From an uncultured Arcobacteraceae bacterium (GTDB lineage Bacteria; Campylobacterota; Campylobacteria; Campylobacterales; Arcobacteraceae): a DNA stretch of 64,000 nt. Positions 19,877 to 29,416 of this stretch are shown here, piece after piece (positions within the stretch are counted from its first letter, which is position 1; every line of letters starts with the position of its first letter). Under the pieces are notes generated by a model that was not told the origin of the DNA, made no database searches, and saw only the letters and a program-made list of their open reading frames with translations. A program made the translations under genes and the position numbers. Location of the stretch: the NCBI GenBank assembly GCA_964486745.1, contig CAZAOJ010000002.1, positions 2,958 to 66,957 on the forward strand. The letters run 5' to 3'.

Positions 19877-21228
19877 AAAAAACAAAAGATACAATAGATA
19901 GAATTAAAAAAAGTAATTGTGAAACAGATAAAACATTTTTTCAAGCCGTTGAAGAAGTAGTAGATAGTTTACAGCCAGTATTAGATAGTAATCCTATGTA
20001 TGAAAGACATGCAATAATGGAAAGACTAACTACTCCAGATAGACAATTTAAATTTAAAGTTGTATGGATGGATGATAAGCAAAATATCCAAGTAAATACA
20101 GGATATAGAATACAATTTAATAATGCACTTGGCCCTTATAAAGGTGGTTTAAGATTCCATCCAAGTGTAAATGCTGGTATTTTAAAATTTTTAGCATTTG
20201 AACAAATATTTAAAAACTCTTTGACTGGTTTACCTATTGGAGGAGCAAAAGGTGGAAGTGATTTTGATCCAAAAGGGAAGTCTGATTTTGAAATTATGAA
20301 GTTTTGTAGTGCATATATGACTGAACTTCATAAATATATAGGACCAAGAATTGATGTACCCGCAGGTGATATTGGAGTAGGGGGTAGAGAAATTGGATAT
20401 CTTTTTGGAGAATATAAAAAAATCACTTCTACATATGAAGGTGTTTTAACTGGTAAGCCATTTATGTTTGGTGGATCTTTGATGAGACCAGAAGCTACAG
20501 GGTATGGATGTGTATATTTTACAGATGAGATGCTTAAATATGCAGGTAAAAAAGGTTTTGAAGGAAGAGTTTGTACGGTAAGTGGAGCAGGTAATGTTGC
20601 TATTCATACAATAGAAAAGCTTTATGCTTTAGGAGCAAAACCTGTAACTTGTAGTGATAGTAGAGGTACTATTTATGATTCTAGAGGAATTGACTTAGAA
20701 CTTTTAAAAGATTTAAAATTAAATAAAAGAGTATCTTTAGAGAAATATTGTGAAAAAAATAGTGATGCAGTGTATGTAAAAGTTGAAGACTATCCAAAAG
20801 ATGGTCACTATGCTTGGACAATTAAATGTGACTGTGCATTTCCTAGTGCAACTCAAAATGAATTAACAGAAGTAGATGCTAAAAATCTTATAAAAAATGG
20901 TTGTATTAGTGTAAGTGAAGGTGCTAATATGCCTTCAACTCCTGAAGCAATTACTTTATTACAAAAAAATGATATATTATTTGCACCTGCAAAAGCAGCA
21001 AATGCTGGTGGAGTTGCTGTTAGTGAATTTGAGATGAGTCAAAATGCAGCAATGGCAAAATGGTCATATGAAATTGTTGATGAGAGATTAGAAAAAACAA
21101 TGAGATCAATTTGTAAAAGAGTTCATTTAACTGCTGAAGAGTATGGAGTTGCTGGTAATTATATGCATGGAGCAAATATTGCAGGATTTAAAAGAGTAGC
21201 TGATGCAATGATAGCTGAAGGTGTATAA
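19873..21228 (+). CDS. gdhA: NADP-specific glutamate dehydrogenase (TTG start overlapping the upstream stop by 4 nt)
   Basis: GPYKGGLRFHP, GGAKGGSDFDPKG (catalytic Lys), GAGNVA Rossmann motif. 451 aa. Confidence 0.95.
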   Translation: MKKTKDTIDRIKKSNCETDKTFFQAVEEVVDSLQPVLDSNPMYERHAIMERLTTPDRQFKFKVVWMDDKQNIQVNTGYRIQFNNALGPYKGGLRFHPSVNAGILKFLAFEQIFKNSLTGLPIGGAKGGSDFDPKGKSDFEIMKFCSAYMTELHKYIGPRIDVPAGDIGVGGREIGYLFGEYKKITSTYEGVLTGKPFMFGGSLMRPEATGYGCVYFTDEMLKYAGKKGFEGRVCTVSGAGNVAIHTIEKLYALGAKPVTCSDSRGTIYDSRGIDLELLKDLKLNKRVSLEKYCEKNSDAVYVKVEDYPKDGHYAWTIKCDCAFPSATQNELTEVDAKNLIKNGCISVSEGANMPSTPEAITLLQKNDILFAPAKAANAGGVAVSEFEMSQNAAMAKWSYEIVDERLEKTMRSICKRVHLTAEEYGVAGNYMHGANIAGFKRVADAMIAEGV

Positions 21229-21537
21229 TTGACTTTAGAAGATATATTAAATAATGATGAAGCTGTAGCAATATATTTTTCTGGTAAAAATTGTGGTGTA
21301 TGCCATGTGTTGCAACCAAAGATTAAATCATTACTTGAAACTTCTTTTCCTAATATTAAATATTATTCATTTGATGCACAAGAACAACAAGTTCTTGCTG
21401 CATCATTAAATGTATTTACAGTACCAACACTTTTAATATTTTTTGATAAAAAAGAGTTTATACGAAAATCAAGAAATATTTCTATATCTTTACTTGAAGA
21501 TGAAATTTCACGACCTTATAATATGATATTTTCATAA
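21229..21537 (+). CDS. thioredoxin-fold protein (CGVC motif)
   Basis: 102 aa. FSGKNCGVCHVL active-site-like CxxC and TVPTL cis-Pro loop. TTG start directly abutting the gdhA stop. Confidence 0.7.
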   Translation: MTLEDILNNDEAVAIYFSGKNCGVCHVLQPKIKSLLETSFPNIKYYSFDAQEQQVLAASLNVFTVPTLLIFFDKKEFIRKSRNISISLLEDEISRPYNMIFS

Positions 21538-21552
21538 TTTATAGGAACTTAT

Positions 21553-21978
21553 ATGAAAAATACAATATATATTATAGTAGTTATGTTTTTATTAGCACAA
21601 TTAATTCAACCAAATAAAACTAATCCAACTACAAATAAAGAATTGGAGATACAAACTCCAAAAAATATAAAAATTATTTTAAAAAAAGCATGTTATGATT
21701 GTCATTCAAATGAGACGACATGGCCTTGGTATAGCAAAATAGCACCACTATCTTGGACAATAGCTTCACATGTAAATGATGGTAGATCTTGGGTTAATTA
21801 TTCTATTTGGAATACATATACACAAGAAGAAAAAGATAAAAAATTAAAACAAACATTTAGAGCAATTTATGTAGCAATGCCTCCTAGTAGTTATATTACA
21901 TTTCATCAAAATGCAAACCTTTCATCTAGTGAACGTAAAGAAGTTCGAGATTGGATTAAAGAACTTGGTAAACATTAA
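21553..21978 (+). CDS. haem-binding-domain protein (CxxCH, exported)
   Basis: Signal or anchor helix, then CYDCHSNETTWPWYSKIAPLSW, which resembles the Haem_bd family signature. Confidence 0.7.
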   Translation: MKNTIYIIVVMFLLAQLIQPNKTNPTTNKELEIQTPKNIKIILKKACYDCHSNETTWPWYSKIAPLSWTIASHVNDGRSWVNYSIWNTYTQEEKDKKLKQTFRAIYVAMPPSSYITFHQNANLSSSERKEVRDWIKELGKH

Positions 21979-22535
21979 TGAATTTATGTGGTATAGATGA
22001 AGCCGGGCGTGGGCCACTAGCTGGTCCTTTAGTTGTTGCTGGAGTTGTTTTAAAAAATGATATTGAAGGTTTAAATGATTCAAAAAAACTTACTGAAAAA
22101 AAAAGAGAAATATTATATGAGCAAATTATATTAAATTCTTCTTATCATATTGTTAGTACTTCAAATGATACTATTGATGAAATTGGCTTAAGTAAAGCAA
22201 TAAAGAATAGTATAGAACAAATTATAAAAAATATAGATGCCAATGAATATCTTATGGATGGAAACACTTCATTTGGAATTAATATTTTACAACATAAAAT
22301 AAAAGCAGATGCAACTGTTAAAGAAGTAAGTGCAGCTTCAATTTTAGCAAAAGTTACAAGAGATAGGTTTATGTGCAGTTTATCAAAACAATTTGATAAA
22401 TATGAATTTGACAAACATAAAGGTTATGGGACTAAAAAGCATATAGAACTTATTAAAAAATATGGATTAAGCTCTTTACACCGCAAGAGCTTTAAATTAA
22501 AAGCTCTTGAGGAACAACCTAGTTTATTTAATTAA
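21978..22535 (+). CDS. rnhB: ribonuclease HII
   Basis: GIDEAGRGPLAGPLVVA, DSKKL, and the KGYGT..H motif. Confidence 0.93.
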   Translation: MNLCGIDEAGRGPLAGPLVVAGVVLKNDIEGLNDSKKLTEKKREILYEQIILNSSYHIVSTSNDTIDEIGLSKAIKNSIEQIIKNIDANEYLMDGNTSFGINILQHKIKADATVKEVSAASILAKVTRDRFMCSLSKQFDKYEFDKHKGYGTKKHIELIKKYGLSSLHRKSFKLKALEEQPSLFN

Positions 22536-24516
22536 CATCTAAAATTTTAGGTTCTGGTTTTCCAATATGGTAACCTTGTAGATAATCAACACCAAGCTTA
22601 GTTAATATATCTTCAATAGCTTGTGAATGAACTTTTTCTGCTACAACTTCAAGGTTTAAAGATTGGACCACTTTTACAATACTTTTAACAACTTTTAAAG
22701 AGTTTTTATCTGTATCTAAATTTTCAACTAATGAACTATCAAGTTTAATAATATCTATATTAAGATTTAAAATATAATTAAAGTTTGAGTATCCACTACC
22801 AAAATCATCAATTGCAATTTTTGCACCATAAGATTTAACTTGATTGATAAATACATTTAAAGCATCAAAATCTGATATCTCTTGAGTCTCAAGAAGTTCT
22901 ATAACTACACTTGAACTATATTTATATTCATCTAATAATTTAAATAATAGTTTAATTGTATCTTTATTCGTAATATCTTCAAGTGCAAAATTTAATGAAA
23001 ATTTTACTTTTGTATTTTTTGAAGTAAAGTAATCAAATGTACTTTGAATTAATTGTTGTGTCAATTGAGAGTATAAATTAGCATTTTGTGCTACTTCAAT
23101 AAAATAATCAGGAGTGTAAACCATATCTGCATCTTTTAATCTCATAAGAGTTTCATATTTAACAATTTTATTCTCTTTTGGAGATTTCATTGGTTGAAAA
23201 TATGGAACTATATTGTTGGACTGTAATGCCTCTTCAATTTTGTTTGACCAAATCATATGTTGCATATACTCATCTTCTAATTGAAAAGAATCATCATATT
23301 TTACTATATCTGTTCTTGTTTTTTTTGCGTATTCTAAAGCAAGTTCTGTTTTTTCTAGTGCTCTAGAATAATCATTAACTATAAATCCGATATGTATTCT
23401 AATATTTATATCTGTATATTTATATTGAAATTTATGAGTATTTATTGTTTTAATTAAACTTTTTAAATCTTTTTTTGTAATATCATATTTGTATAATAAT
23501 GCAAATTTATCTGCAGTTACTCTATAAACACTAACTTCTTTTTTTACTGTATCTTTTAATAATATAGCTAATTCTTTTAAAATGAAATCAGCTACATTTG
23601 TTCCATAGAAGTTATTTAATTGTCTAAATTTATCTATATCAATCAATGCTAAAGAAAATTTTTCTTTTGTCTCTAAATCTTTTTGTAATTTAATAAAATT
23701 ATAAATATTTGTCAAGCTATCAATGTATAGACTATTAATAAGTTTATCATAATAAAATTTTGTAGTTTCTAGTAGTTTATTAAAAGCATTTTGTAATGTA
23801 CCTATCTCTTCAATTGATGTATTTACATTTGCTTTTAAGCTTAAATCATTTGCATCAGATATTCTTTTAATTTCTTGTGTAAATTTTATAATTGGTGTTA
23901 CCATCTTTTTATTAATTACAAAGAAGAAAATATAAAAGAAAACTACAATAAATATTACAAAAAATAATAAGAAATAGTAAGTCATCATATCTAGTGATAT
24001 TTTAATATCGCTTGGAGGATATTTTATATCTAATACACCATTAACCTCTCCAGCTTTTGTATTATAATGACAAGTGATACAATCTTGAGTAACTTTCATT
24101 GGATATAAAAATCTAATACTTCCATCTTGCTCAATGATAAATTGTTCTTCACCTTTCATTGCTTTTTGAATTAATGGATCAGAGTCAACTATTTGTTTAT
24201 CATGTTTTATTATACCTAATATCTCTTCAACATTATGGCTTCTATAAGATGATACTTTCATTCCTTTTCTTACATATTCTAATCTTGATAATATTTTATT
24301 TAGATCTTCTTTCCCCCACCCCTCTTGCATTCTTGTATTCATAGTTTCAAAAATAAGTTCACTAGTTTTTCTTGCATCATCTTCTGCAAGATTATTTAAT
24401 GCAACATCTTTAATATATACAGTTGATAGTAGTAAAATAACGATACTTATAAATAAGAATCCAAATACTATTCTTATTATTAATTGTTTATTTGAAATAT
24501 AGTTTGTCGTTTTCAT
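22528..24516 (-). CDS. membrane sensor: periplasmic c-type-haem domain, HAMP, degenerate GGDEF, EAL phosphodiesterase
   Basis: TM, periplasmic domain with CITCH, TM, HAMP. The GGDEF position reads RVTADKF, which is degenerate. The EAL domain has ETLMR, DDFGSGYS, KLD and QGY. The track ORF starts at GTG 24531; the ATG at 24516 has GGAG 9 nt upstream. Confidence 0.82.
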   Translation of the reverse strand: MKTTNYISNKQLIIRIVFGFLFISIVILLLSTVYIKDVALNNLAEDDARKTSELIFETMNTRMQEGWGKEDLNKILSRLEYVRKGMKVSSYRSHNVEEILGIIKHDKQIVDSDPLIQKAMKGEEQFIIEQDGSIRFLYPMKVTQDCITCHYNTKAGEVNGVLDIKYPPSDIKISLDMMTYYFLLFFVIFIVVFFYIFFFVINKKMVTPIIKFTQEIKRISDANDLSLKANVNTSIEEIGTLQNAFNKLLETTKFYYDKLINSLYIDSLTNIYNFIKLQKDLETKEKFSLALIDIDKFRQLNNFYGTNVADFILKELAILLKDTVKKEVSVYRVTADKFALLYKYDITKKDLKSLIKTINTHKFQYKYTDINIRIHIGFIVNDYSRALEKTELALEYAKKTRTDIVKYDDSFQLEDEYMQHMIWSNKIEEALQSNNIVPYFQPMKSPKENKIVKYETLMRLKDADMVYTPDYFIEVAQNANLYSQLTQQLIQSTFDYFTSKNTKVKFSLNFALEDITNKDTIKLLFKLLDEYKYSSSVVIELLETQEISDFDALNVFINQVKSYGAKIAIDDFGSGYSNFNYILNLNIDIIKLDSSLVENLDTDKNSLKVVKSIVKVVQSLNLEVVAEKVHSQAIEDILTKLGVDYLQGYHIGKPEPKILDVN

Positions 24517-24610
24517 AAATATAGTCTCCACATCGTGTTACATTATTGTAACATAAGGAAGATTAATATATCTATATGTTACAATTTCAAAAATTATTAA
24601 AAGGGATAAA

Positions 24611-25138
24611 ATGAAAAAATTATTTATTTTGTTGACATTAGTTGGTTCATTGTTATATGCATCAAATCCAGTTGCAGTACTTCAAACTACCCAAGGGGAT
24701 ATTGAAATAGAGTTAAGACCTGATTATGCTCCAAAGGCAGTTGAAAACTTTGTTACACATATTAAAAATGGTTATTATGATGGATTGATTTTTCATAGAA
24801 TTATTAGACAGTTTATGATTCAAGGTGGAGATCCAACTGGTACAGGAAGAGGTGGAGAATCTATTTGGGGTAAACCATTTAAAGATGAATTTGCACCAAA
24901 TGTAGTATTTGATAGATCTGGAATTTTAGCAATGGCAAATGCTGGACCAAATACAAATGGAAGTCAATTTTTTATTACAACGGTTCCAACTTCTTGGTTA
25001 AATGGAAGACATACAATATTTGGATATGTAAAAAAATCTTCTATGCCAGTAGTTAAAAAACTTGAAAATGTTCAAGTTGGATTTAGAGATAAACCTATAA
25101 AAGAACAAAAAATTATAAAAGCTTATATTAAAGAATAA
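24611..25138 (+). CDS. periplasmic cyclophilin-type peptidyl-prolyl isomerase
   Basis: Signal peptide, then FHRIIRQFMIQGGDP, MANAGPNTNGSQFFIT and HTIFG. Confidence 0.93.
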   Translation: MKKLFILLTLVGSLLYASNPVAVLQTTQGDIEIELRPDYAPKAVENFVTHIKNGYYDGLIFHRIIRQFMIQGGDPTGTGRGGESIWGKPFKDEFAPNVVFDRSGILAMANAGPNTNGSQFFITTVPTSWLNGRHTIFGYVKKSSMPVVKKLENVQVGFRDKPIKEQKIIKAYIKE

Positions 25139-25142
25139 CTAT

Positions 25143-25541
25143 ATGAAAAAAGTGTTGATTATGTGTACTGGTAATTCTTGTAGAAGTATTATTGGTGAAG
25201 CACTGATAAATAAAGAGTTAGATGGGATTGAAGCTTATAGTTGTGGTGTTAATCCAAGTGGTAAAGTAAATCAAAATGCAAAAAAGATATTAGTTCAAAA
25301 TGATGTATGGGATGATAAATATTATTCAAAACATTTAGATGAAGTTATTGATATAGAATTTGATTTAGTTGTAACTGTATGTGATCATGCAAATGAAACT
25401 TGTCCCATTTTTCCTAAAGTTACTGATAAAATTCATGTTGGGTTTGAAGATCCTGATGGAAAAGAATTTGATGCTTTTATAAAAACATATGATGAAATAA
25501 GAAATAAACTTTTACCAATAATAAAGAATAAATTAAATTAA
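25143..25541 (+). CDS. arsC: LMW-PTPase-family arsenate reductase
   Basis: P-loop CTGNSCRS at the N-terminus, conserved downstream Cys pair (VCDHANETCP), 132 aa. Confidence 0.8.
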   Translation: MKKVLIMCTGNSCRSIIGEALINKELDGIEAYSCGVNPSGKVNQNAKKILVQNDVWDDKYYSKHLDEVIDIEFDLVVTVCDHANETCPIFPKVTDKIHVGFEDPDGKEFDAFIKTYDEIRNKLLPIIKNKLN

Positions 25542-25637
25542 TATATATTAATTGTTTGATTAAGTTTTATAATTTAAGTTTCTATATATAAATTTCAGTT
25601 AGTATTATAAGAAATTTTTATATATGAAAGATAAATT

Positions 25638-26309
25638 ATGAACAAAATATTTCAATTTGGTCAAAAAATAGATCAGTATGAGTTTAAAGTAATCAATGAA
25701 AGAGATGCAAGAGCTAGTGCAGGAATAATGTTTTTATTTGGAATAATTACATTATTCTCTTTTATAATGACAAAAAATCTATTTTGGGCAAATTTATTTA
25801 CAATCACATTTATAATTGAGTTTATAATAAGGGTATTTGTAAATCCTATTTATGCACCATATATGATACTTGGTTCAATCATTGTTTCAAATCAAGAACC
25901 AGATTGGGTAGAAGCTAGTCCTAAGAAATTTGCATGGATATTAGGTGTAATTTTAGGTTTTATTATGAGTTATTTTATATTATATGATATTATGACTCCG
26001 GCACGACTTATTACCTGTTTAGTGTGTTTGGTTCTTCTTTATATGGAAAGTGTATTTGGTATATGTCTAGGATGTATAATATATAAAAAATTAAATGTTA
26101 AATTATATAAATGCCCTGGTGGAGTTTGTGAAATGACACAAAACAAAACTAGTAATAAAAATAAATATATTATTCTAGTTGGTTTTTTAGTACTTTTTTA
26201 TGGGGTATTTTATTCTCTTAAAACATATAAATATCACAATACAACTTCTTCAAATTTAACTCAAGAACAAATTGATGAGATGGAATTTGATAAAGAAGAA
26301 GATGAATAG
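25638..26309 (+). CDS. polytopic membrane protein (DUF4395-like) with C-terminal Cys cluster and extra TM
   Basis: 223 aa with four or more hydrophobic helices, then CLGCIIYKK...CPGGVC. Family assignment is from memory only. Confidence 0.5.
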   Translation: MNKIFQFGQKIDQYEFKVINERDARASAGIMFLFGIITLFSFIMTKNLFWANLFTITFIIEFIIRVFVNPIYAPYMILGSIIVSNQEPDWVEASPKKFAWILGVILGFIMSYFILYDIMTPARLITCLVCLVLLYMESVFGICLGCIIYKKLNVKLYKCPGGVCEMTQNKTSNKNKYIILVGFLVLFYGVFYSLKTYKYHNTTSSNLTQEQIDEMEFDKEEDE

Positions 26310-26403
26310 AATTTATATCTAAATTATGAATATATTCCATTTCAATAGATTATTGATATGGGCTATAAACAGATGTGGGTAAAACATAATTGTAATTAGT
26401 AAA

Positions 26404-26751
26404 TTATTTTTTATTAAAGTCAGTATCATAAATATATGATGCTATATCTTGTAAGTAGTCCTCTTCAAATCCTAGTGTTGGCATAATTTCATATTTATTA
26501 ATTGCACTACTCATTAAAGAACCTTCTTTATTTGGATTGCTAACCCATTTTGACATGTATTTAACAAAATCAACTTTATTAGGAAATGCTCTTATATAGT
26601 TTTTTTTAACTTCTTTCATAGATGGTGCAGAAATGTTTTCTGTTCTAAAATGACATGTAACACAATTTCCATTAAACAACAACTCACCAATATTATTTGA
26701 ACTATATGCAGTAGATATTGAAATTAAGAATAATATTATAAATTTATACAT
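26404..26751 (-). CDS. small periplasmic class I cytochrome c
   Basis: Signal peptide plus a single CVTCH haem motif and a distal Met (YEIMPTLG). 115 aa. Confidence 0.82.
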   Translation of the reverse strand: MYKFIILFLISISTAYSSNNIGELLFNGNCVTCHFRTENISAPSMKEVKKNYIRAFPNKVDFVKYMSKWVSNPNKEGSLMSSAINKYEIMPTLGFEEDYLQDIASYIYDTDFNKK

Positions 26752-26849
26752 AACTGGATTATATCACATTATATTAATAAAACAAATAAAAGAATTAAGT
26801 GTTTATTATGAAATATAAGGTAAAATTACAAAAAAATTAAGGATATAAA

Positions 26850-27005
26850 ATGGAAGAAAAAATATTAGCTTGTGATAATGATATATGTTTAAAAAAAGAT
26901 GAATGTGAAAGATATAGACTTTTCAAAGAAGGTGCAAAAGAATATAAAACTCATAATGGTAAACCACATAAAGGTTGTGGACAATTTATTAAAAATACAA
27001 AATAA
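26850..27005 (+). CDS. small Cys-containing hypothetical protein (51 aa, below the ORF-track cutoff)
   Basis: AAGGA 7 nt upstream of the ATG. Peptide MEEKILACDNDICLKKDECERYRLFKEGAKEYKTHNGKPHKGCGQFIKNTK* has four Cys. Lies in an otherwise empty 385-nt gap. Confidence 0.35.
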   Translation: MEEKILACDNDICLKKDECERYRLFKEGAKEYKTHNGKPHKGCGQFIKNTK

Positions 27006-27136
27006 TATAAATTTATATAAGTGGAAAATCATTTAAAGTATTTATTTAAATATATAAAGATATACTATTTAAACTAATCTTTAAAAAATAGTTATATAAA
27101 TAAAGCTATAAATTAATAATAAACTGGAGTGGATAT

Positions 27137-27505
27137 ATGGAAAATGTTATGAAAGATCTTTTGCCGCAAAATATAAGTAATATGAAAATTGATGTGGAAA
27201 AATTTATAGAACTTTTAAATAATAAAGAGGCTATCTTGGTTGATATTAGAATGCCATTTGAAACTGCAGTTTGGGGACTTAATTTTGGACTTAAAATACC
27301 AGCAAATGAATTACCAGATAATTTAGAAAAATTACCAAAAGATAAACTAATTGTAGTTGCTTGCCCAAAAACTGATAGGTCAATTATGGCAAGAACTTAT
27401 CTAGCTGCACTTGGATATGAGACAAAATATTTATCTGGTGGAATTTTAGGATTGGTAGAAAGACTAAAAGGTGGTAAAGCTAAAGATATAGACTTAAAGA
27501 GTTAA
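27137..27505 (+). CDS. single-domain rhodanese-like sulfurtransferase
   Basis: 122 aa. LVDIR...VVACPKTDRS active-site Cys loop, followed by A..L...GY. Confidence 0.75.
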   Translation: MENVMKDLLPQNISNMKIDVEKFIELLNNKEAILVDIRMPFETAVWGLNFGLKIPANELPDNLEKLPKDKLIVVACPKTDRSIMARTYLAALGYETKYLSGGILGLVERLKGGKAKDIDLKS

Positions 27506-27506
27506 T

Positions 27507-28109
27507 ATGTATCAAGTGAAATATGCAGGTCCAAGACCCATAATCTCCCAACATGGAATAACTTATAAAGATGGCAAAGAGGATAAATATATCTATCTTC
27601 AAATTGCAATTGAAATTTTAAAAGATATTGATTGTGATTATGAAAATATTAAATTTCACACACATGTAGTTAAAAATAAAGAGTTATCTCAAGAACAAAT
27701 TGATGAGATATTGTCTAAATATGAAAATGAACTAGAAGAACATATAAAAACGGAAGTTCAAAACTACAAAGAAAAAATAAAATGCGAAATAGAATCTGTC
27801 CAAAAAATGAAAAATATTAATGATATTGAAAAAAATATTTGGATTGAAAACATTAATATTATGACAGATTATAGAATACAGAGAGCTATAAATAAAATAT
27901 ATTATATGCATTGTATAAATGATATTAAATATATAATTCTTAAAAAAAGAATCAAAGAGATAGATACACCTTTTAATGAAAAATTTTGGCATGTATTAGA
28001 AACGATTCAAGGGGCATTAGAAAGTGGTAAGAAGTCTGTTTCAACAAAGCTTGAAGAGGTTACACTAGATAATGGCAATATGATTATGAAATTACACATA
28101 AATATATAA
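27507..28109 (+). CDS. hypothetical protein
   Basis: 200 aa ORF starting 1 nt after the rhodanese stop. Lys/Glu-rich, no recognisable motif. Confidence 0.5.
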   Translation: MYQVKYAGPRPIISQHGITYKDGKEDKYIYLQIAIEILKDIDCDYENIKFHTHVVKNKELSQEQIDEILSKYENELEEHIKTEVQNYKEKIKCEIESVQKMKNINDIEKNIWIENINIMTDYRIQRAINKIYYMHCINDIKYIILKKRIKEIDTPFNEKFWHVLETIQGALESGKKSVSTKLEEVTLDNGNMIMKLHINI

Positions 28110-28111
28110 AA

Positions 28112-29416
28112 ATGAAAACTACAAAAAGCTTAGGATTTAAAGAATTACTTGCAATTGCCATAGGTGGTATGGTTGGGGGTGGAATATTTACAATTTTAGG
28201 AATTTCAGTTTCTATGGTTGGGTTTTTGGCTCCGTTTGCTATTGCATTTGGTGGTATAATTGCTTGGTTTGCAGCATATTCATATGTGAAACTTGGTGTT
28301 TATTACAAAGATGAAGGTGCAACTTATGCTTTTTTTAAAAGAACATATCCAAATACCCATATGGCAGCTTCTTTTATAGGGTGGTATACAATATTTGGAT
28401 ATATAAGTACTTTATCTTTATATGCATATACATTTTCTGCTTATGCTTTAAGTGGTTTTGATTTTTCTCAAAATGAATTATTTAGAAAGCTTTTAGCTAT
28501 AAGTATCATTGTATTTTTTGCATTTGTGAATATTTGGAGTGTAAAAGGTATGGGAAAACTTGAAGATATTATGGTGTATTTAAAACTATTTATACTTTTT
28601 GTTATATCTATGGTGTTAATATTTTTTGCTAATGTTGATTTGAATAATTTTGTTTTAACTATTAAAAATGATTTTTCTTCAACTTCAATGATGAGTATTT
28701 TAATGGTTTCATCTATAACATTTGTAGCATATGAAGGGTTTCAATTAGTTATAAATGCTGTAAATGATATGGAAGATCCAGATATAAACATACCAAAAGC
28801 GATATATTGGGCAATTGTATTGGTTGCATTAATATATTTTATTATAGCTTTAAGTGCAATAGTTGCTATTCCTGTAGATGATTTGATTCAAAATAAAGAA
28901 TCTGCCTTAGCAACAGGAGCAGGACAAATTATGGGTAATCTAGGGCAAAATTTAGTAGTATTTGGAGCTATTTTAGCAACAAGTAGTGCTATTAATGGTA
29001 CATTATTTGGATCATCTCATCAAATGGCAAGAATAGCGCAAGATGGATATTTTCCAAAAATATTAATTAAAAGAAAAAATAATATTCCATATATGGCAAT
29101 TATAACTATGTCTGTAATTTCATCTTTACTTATATTGGTTGGTGGACTTCAACTTATTTTAGAGTTTGGAAGTATTACGTTTTTATTGGTATCTTTACTT
29201 ATGGCAATAGCAAATTTTAAAATAAGAACAAAAACAAATTCATCTTTTATTATTACTATAATTTCAATGTTTGGATTAAGTATTGGTGCATCTTTAATCA
29301 TCTATTATGAATATATAACAAATAAAGAACAACTATTATTTATTTTTATCTTATATATACTTTTAACATTAAGTGCATGGATATATGCAAATTTTATTAA
29401 AAATAAAATATCTTAA
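28112..29416 (+). CDS. APC-superfamily amino acid/polyamine permease
   Basis: 434 aa, ~12 TM, N-terminal IAIGGMVGGGIFTILG motif typical of the APC family. Confidence 0.8.
   Translation: MKTTKSLGFKELLAIAIGGMVGGGIFTILGISVSMVGFLAPFAIAFGGIIAWFAAYSYVKLGVYYKDEGATYAFFKRTYPNTHMAASFIGWYTIFGYISTLSLYAYTFSAYALSGFDFSQNELFRKLLAISIIVFFAFVNIWSVKGMGKLEDIMVYLKLFILFVISMVLIFFANVDLNNFVLTIKNDFSSTSMMSILMVSSITFVAYEGFQLVINAVNDMEDPDINIPKAIYWAIVLVALIYFIIALSAIVAIPVDDLIQNKESALATGAGQIMGNLGQNLVVFGAILATSSAINGTLFGSSHQMARIAQDGYFPKILIKRKNNIPYMAIITMSVISSLLILVGGLQLILEFGSITFLLVSLLMAIANFKIRTKTNSSFIITIISMFGLSIGASLIIYYEYITNKEQLLFIFILYILLTLSAWIYANFIKNKIS

Noticed and set aside
24536-24583. TGTTACA-TTAT-TGTAACA inverted repeat plus a third TGTTACA copy between the DGC/PDE sensor and the PPIase genes
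   Set aside because: A 7-bp AT-rich palindrome in an about 80% AT spacer is not statistically compelling. It could be an operator, but there is no supporting evidence.
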